Origin: Octopus bimaculoides
Lineage: Eukaryota
Reading direction: 5' to 3'
NCBI RefSeq assembly: GCF_001194135.2
Contig: NC_068982.1
Coordinates: 36,345,248-36,409,247, forward strand
DNA length: 64,000 nucleotides
Shown: one piece after another, positions 63,770 through 64,000 of the stretch
Layout of the letters: every line of letters begins with the position of its first letter
How positions within the stretch are numbered: position 1 is the stretch's first letter
Translations under genes and position numbers: made by a program
The notes under the pieces: model-generated
Database searches by the model: none
Seen by the model: only the letters and a program-made list of their open reading frames with translations
Told to the model about the DNA's origin: nothing

Positions 63770-64000
63770 CATCATCATCATCATCATCGTTTAACGTCCG
63801 CTTTCCATGCTAGCATGGGTTGGACGATTTGACTGAGGACTGGTGAAACCGGATGGCAACACCAGGCTCCAGTCTGATTTGGCAGAGTTTCTACAGCTGG
63901 ATGCCCTTCCTAACGCCAACCACTCAGAGAGTGTAGTGGGTGCTTTTACGTGTCACCCGCACGAAAACGGCCACGCTCGAAATGGTGTCTTTTATGTGCC
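63770..64000 (-). mobile_element. Young RTE 3' end, continuing beyond the window
   Basis: 2 mismatches in 220 nt versus 35196-35415. Confidence 0.88.

Overview
AT-rich, repeat-dense eukaryotic genomic DNA with several N gaps. The SINE/LINE repertoire and microsatellites look like an Octopus scaffold (inference). Only one host coding exon is supported: the first coding exon of an AGPAT1/2-type 1-acyl-sn-glycerol-3-phosphate acyltransferase on the minus strand (16622-16435, phase-2 GT donor). It sits in a CpG-rich, nearly repeat-free domain (~13.9-17.6 kb). No later AGPAT exon was found, so intron 1 probably runs off the left edge. The rest is transposon-derived: decayed and very young RTE-clade LINE pieces, at least four tRNA-type SINE families, three mariner fossils, a Tigger/pogo fossil, a Charlie/GTF2IRD2-type hAT fossil, MITEs, and a probable Penelope-like terminal remnant. 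The most notable details are a degenerate minimal hammerhead-ribozyme fold, a perfect 20-bp fold-back at an RTE 5' junction, near-identical inverted RTE copies, variable 25-bp/66-bp arrays in RTE 3' UTRs, and SINEs with internal microsatellites. I found no convincing new multi-gene system. All alignments and counts were done by eye.
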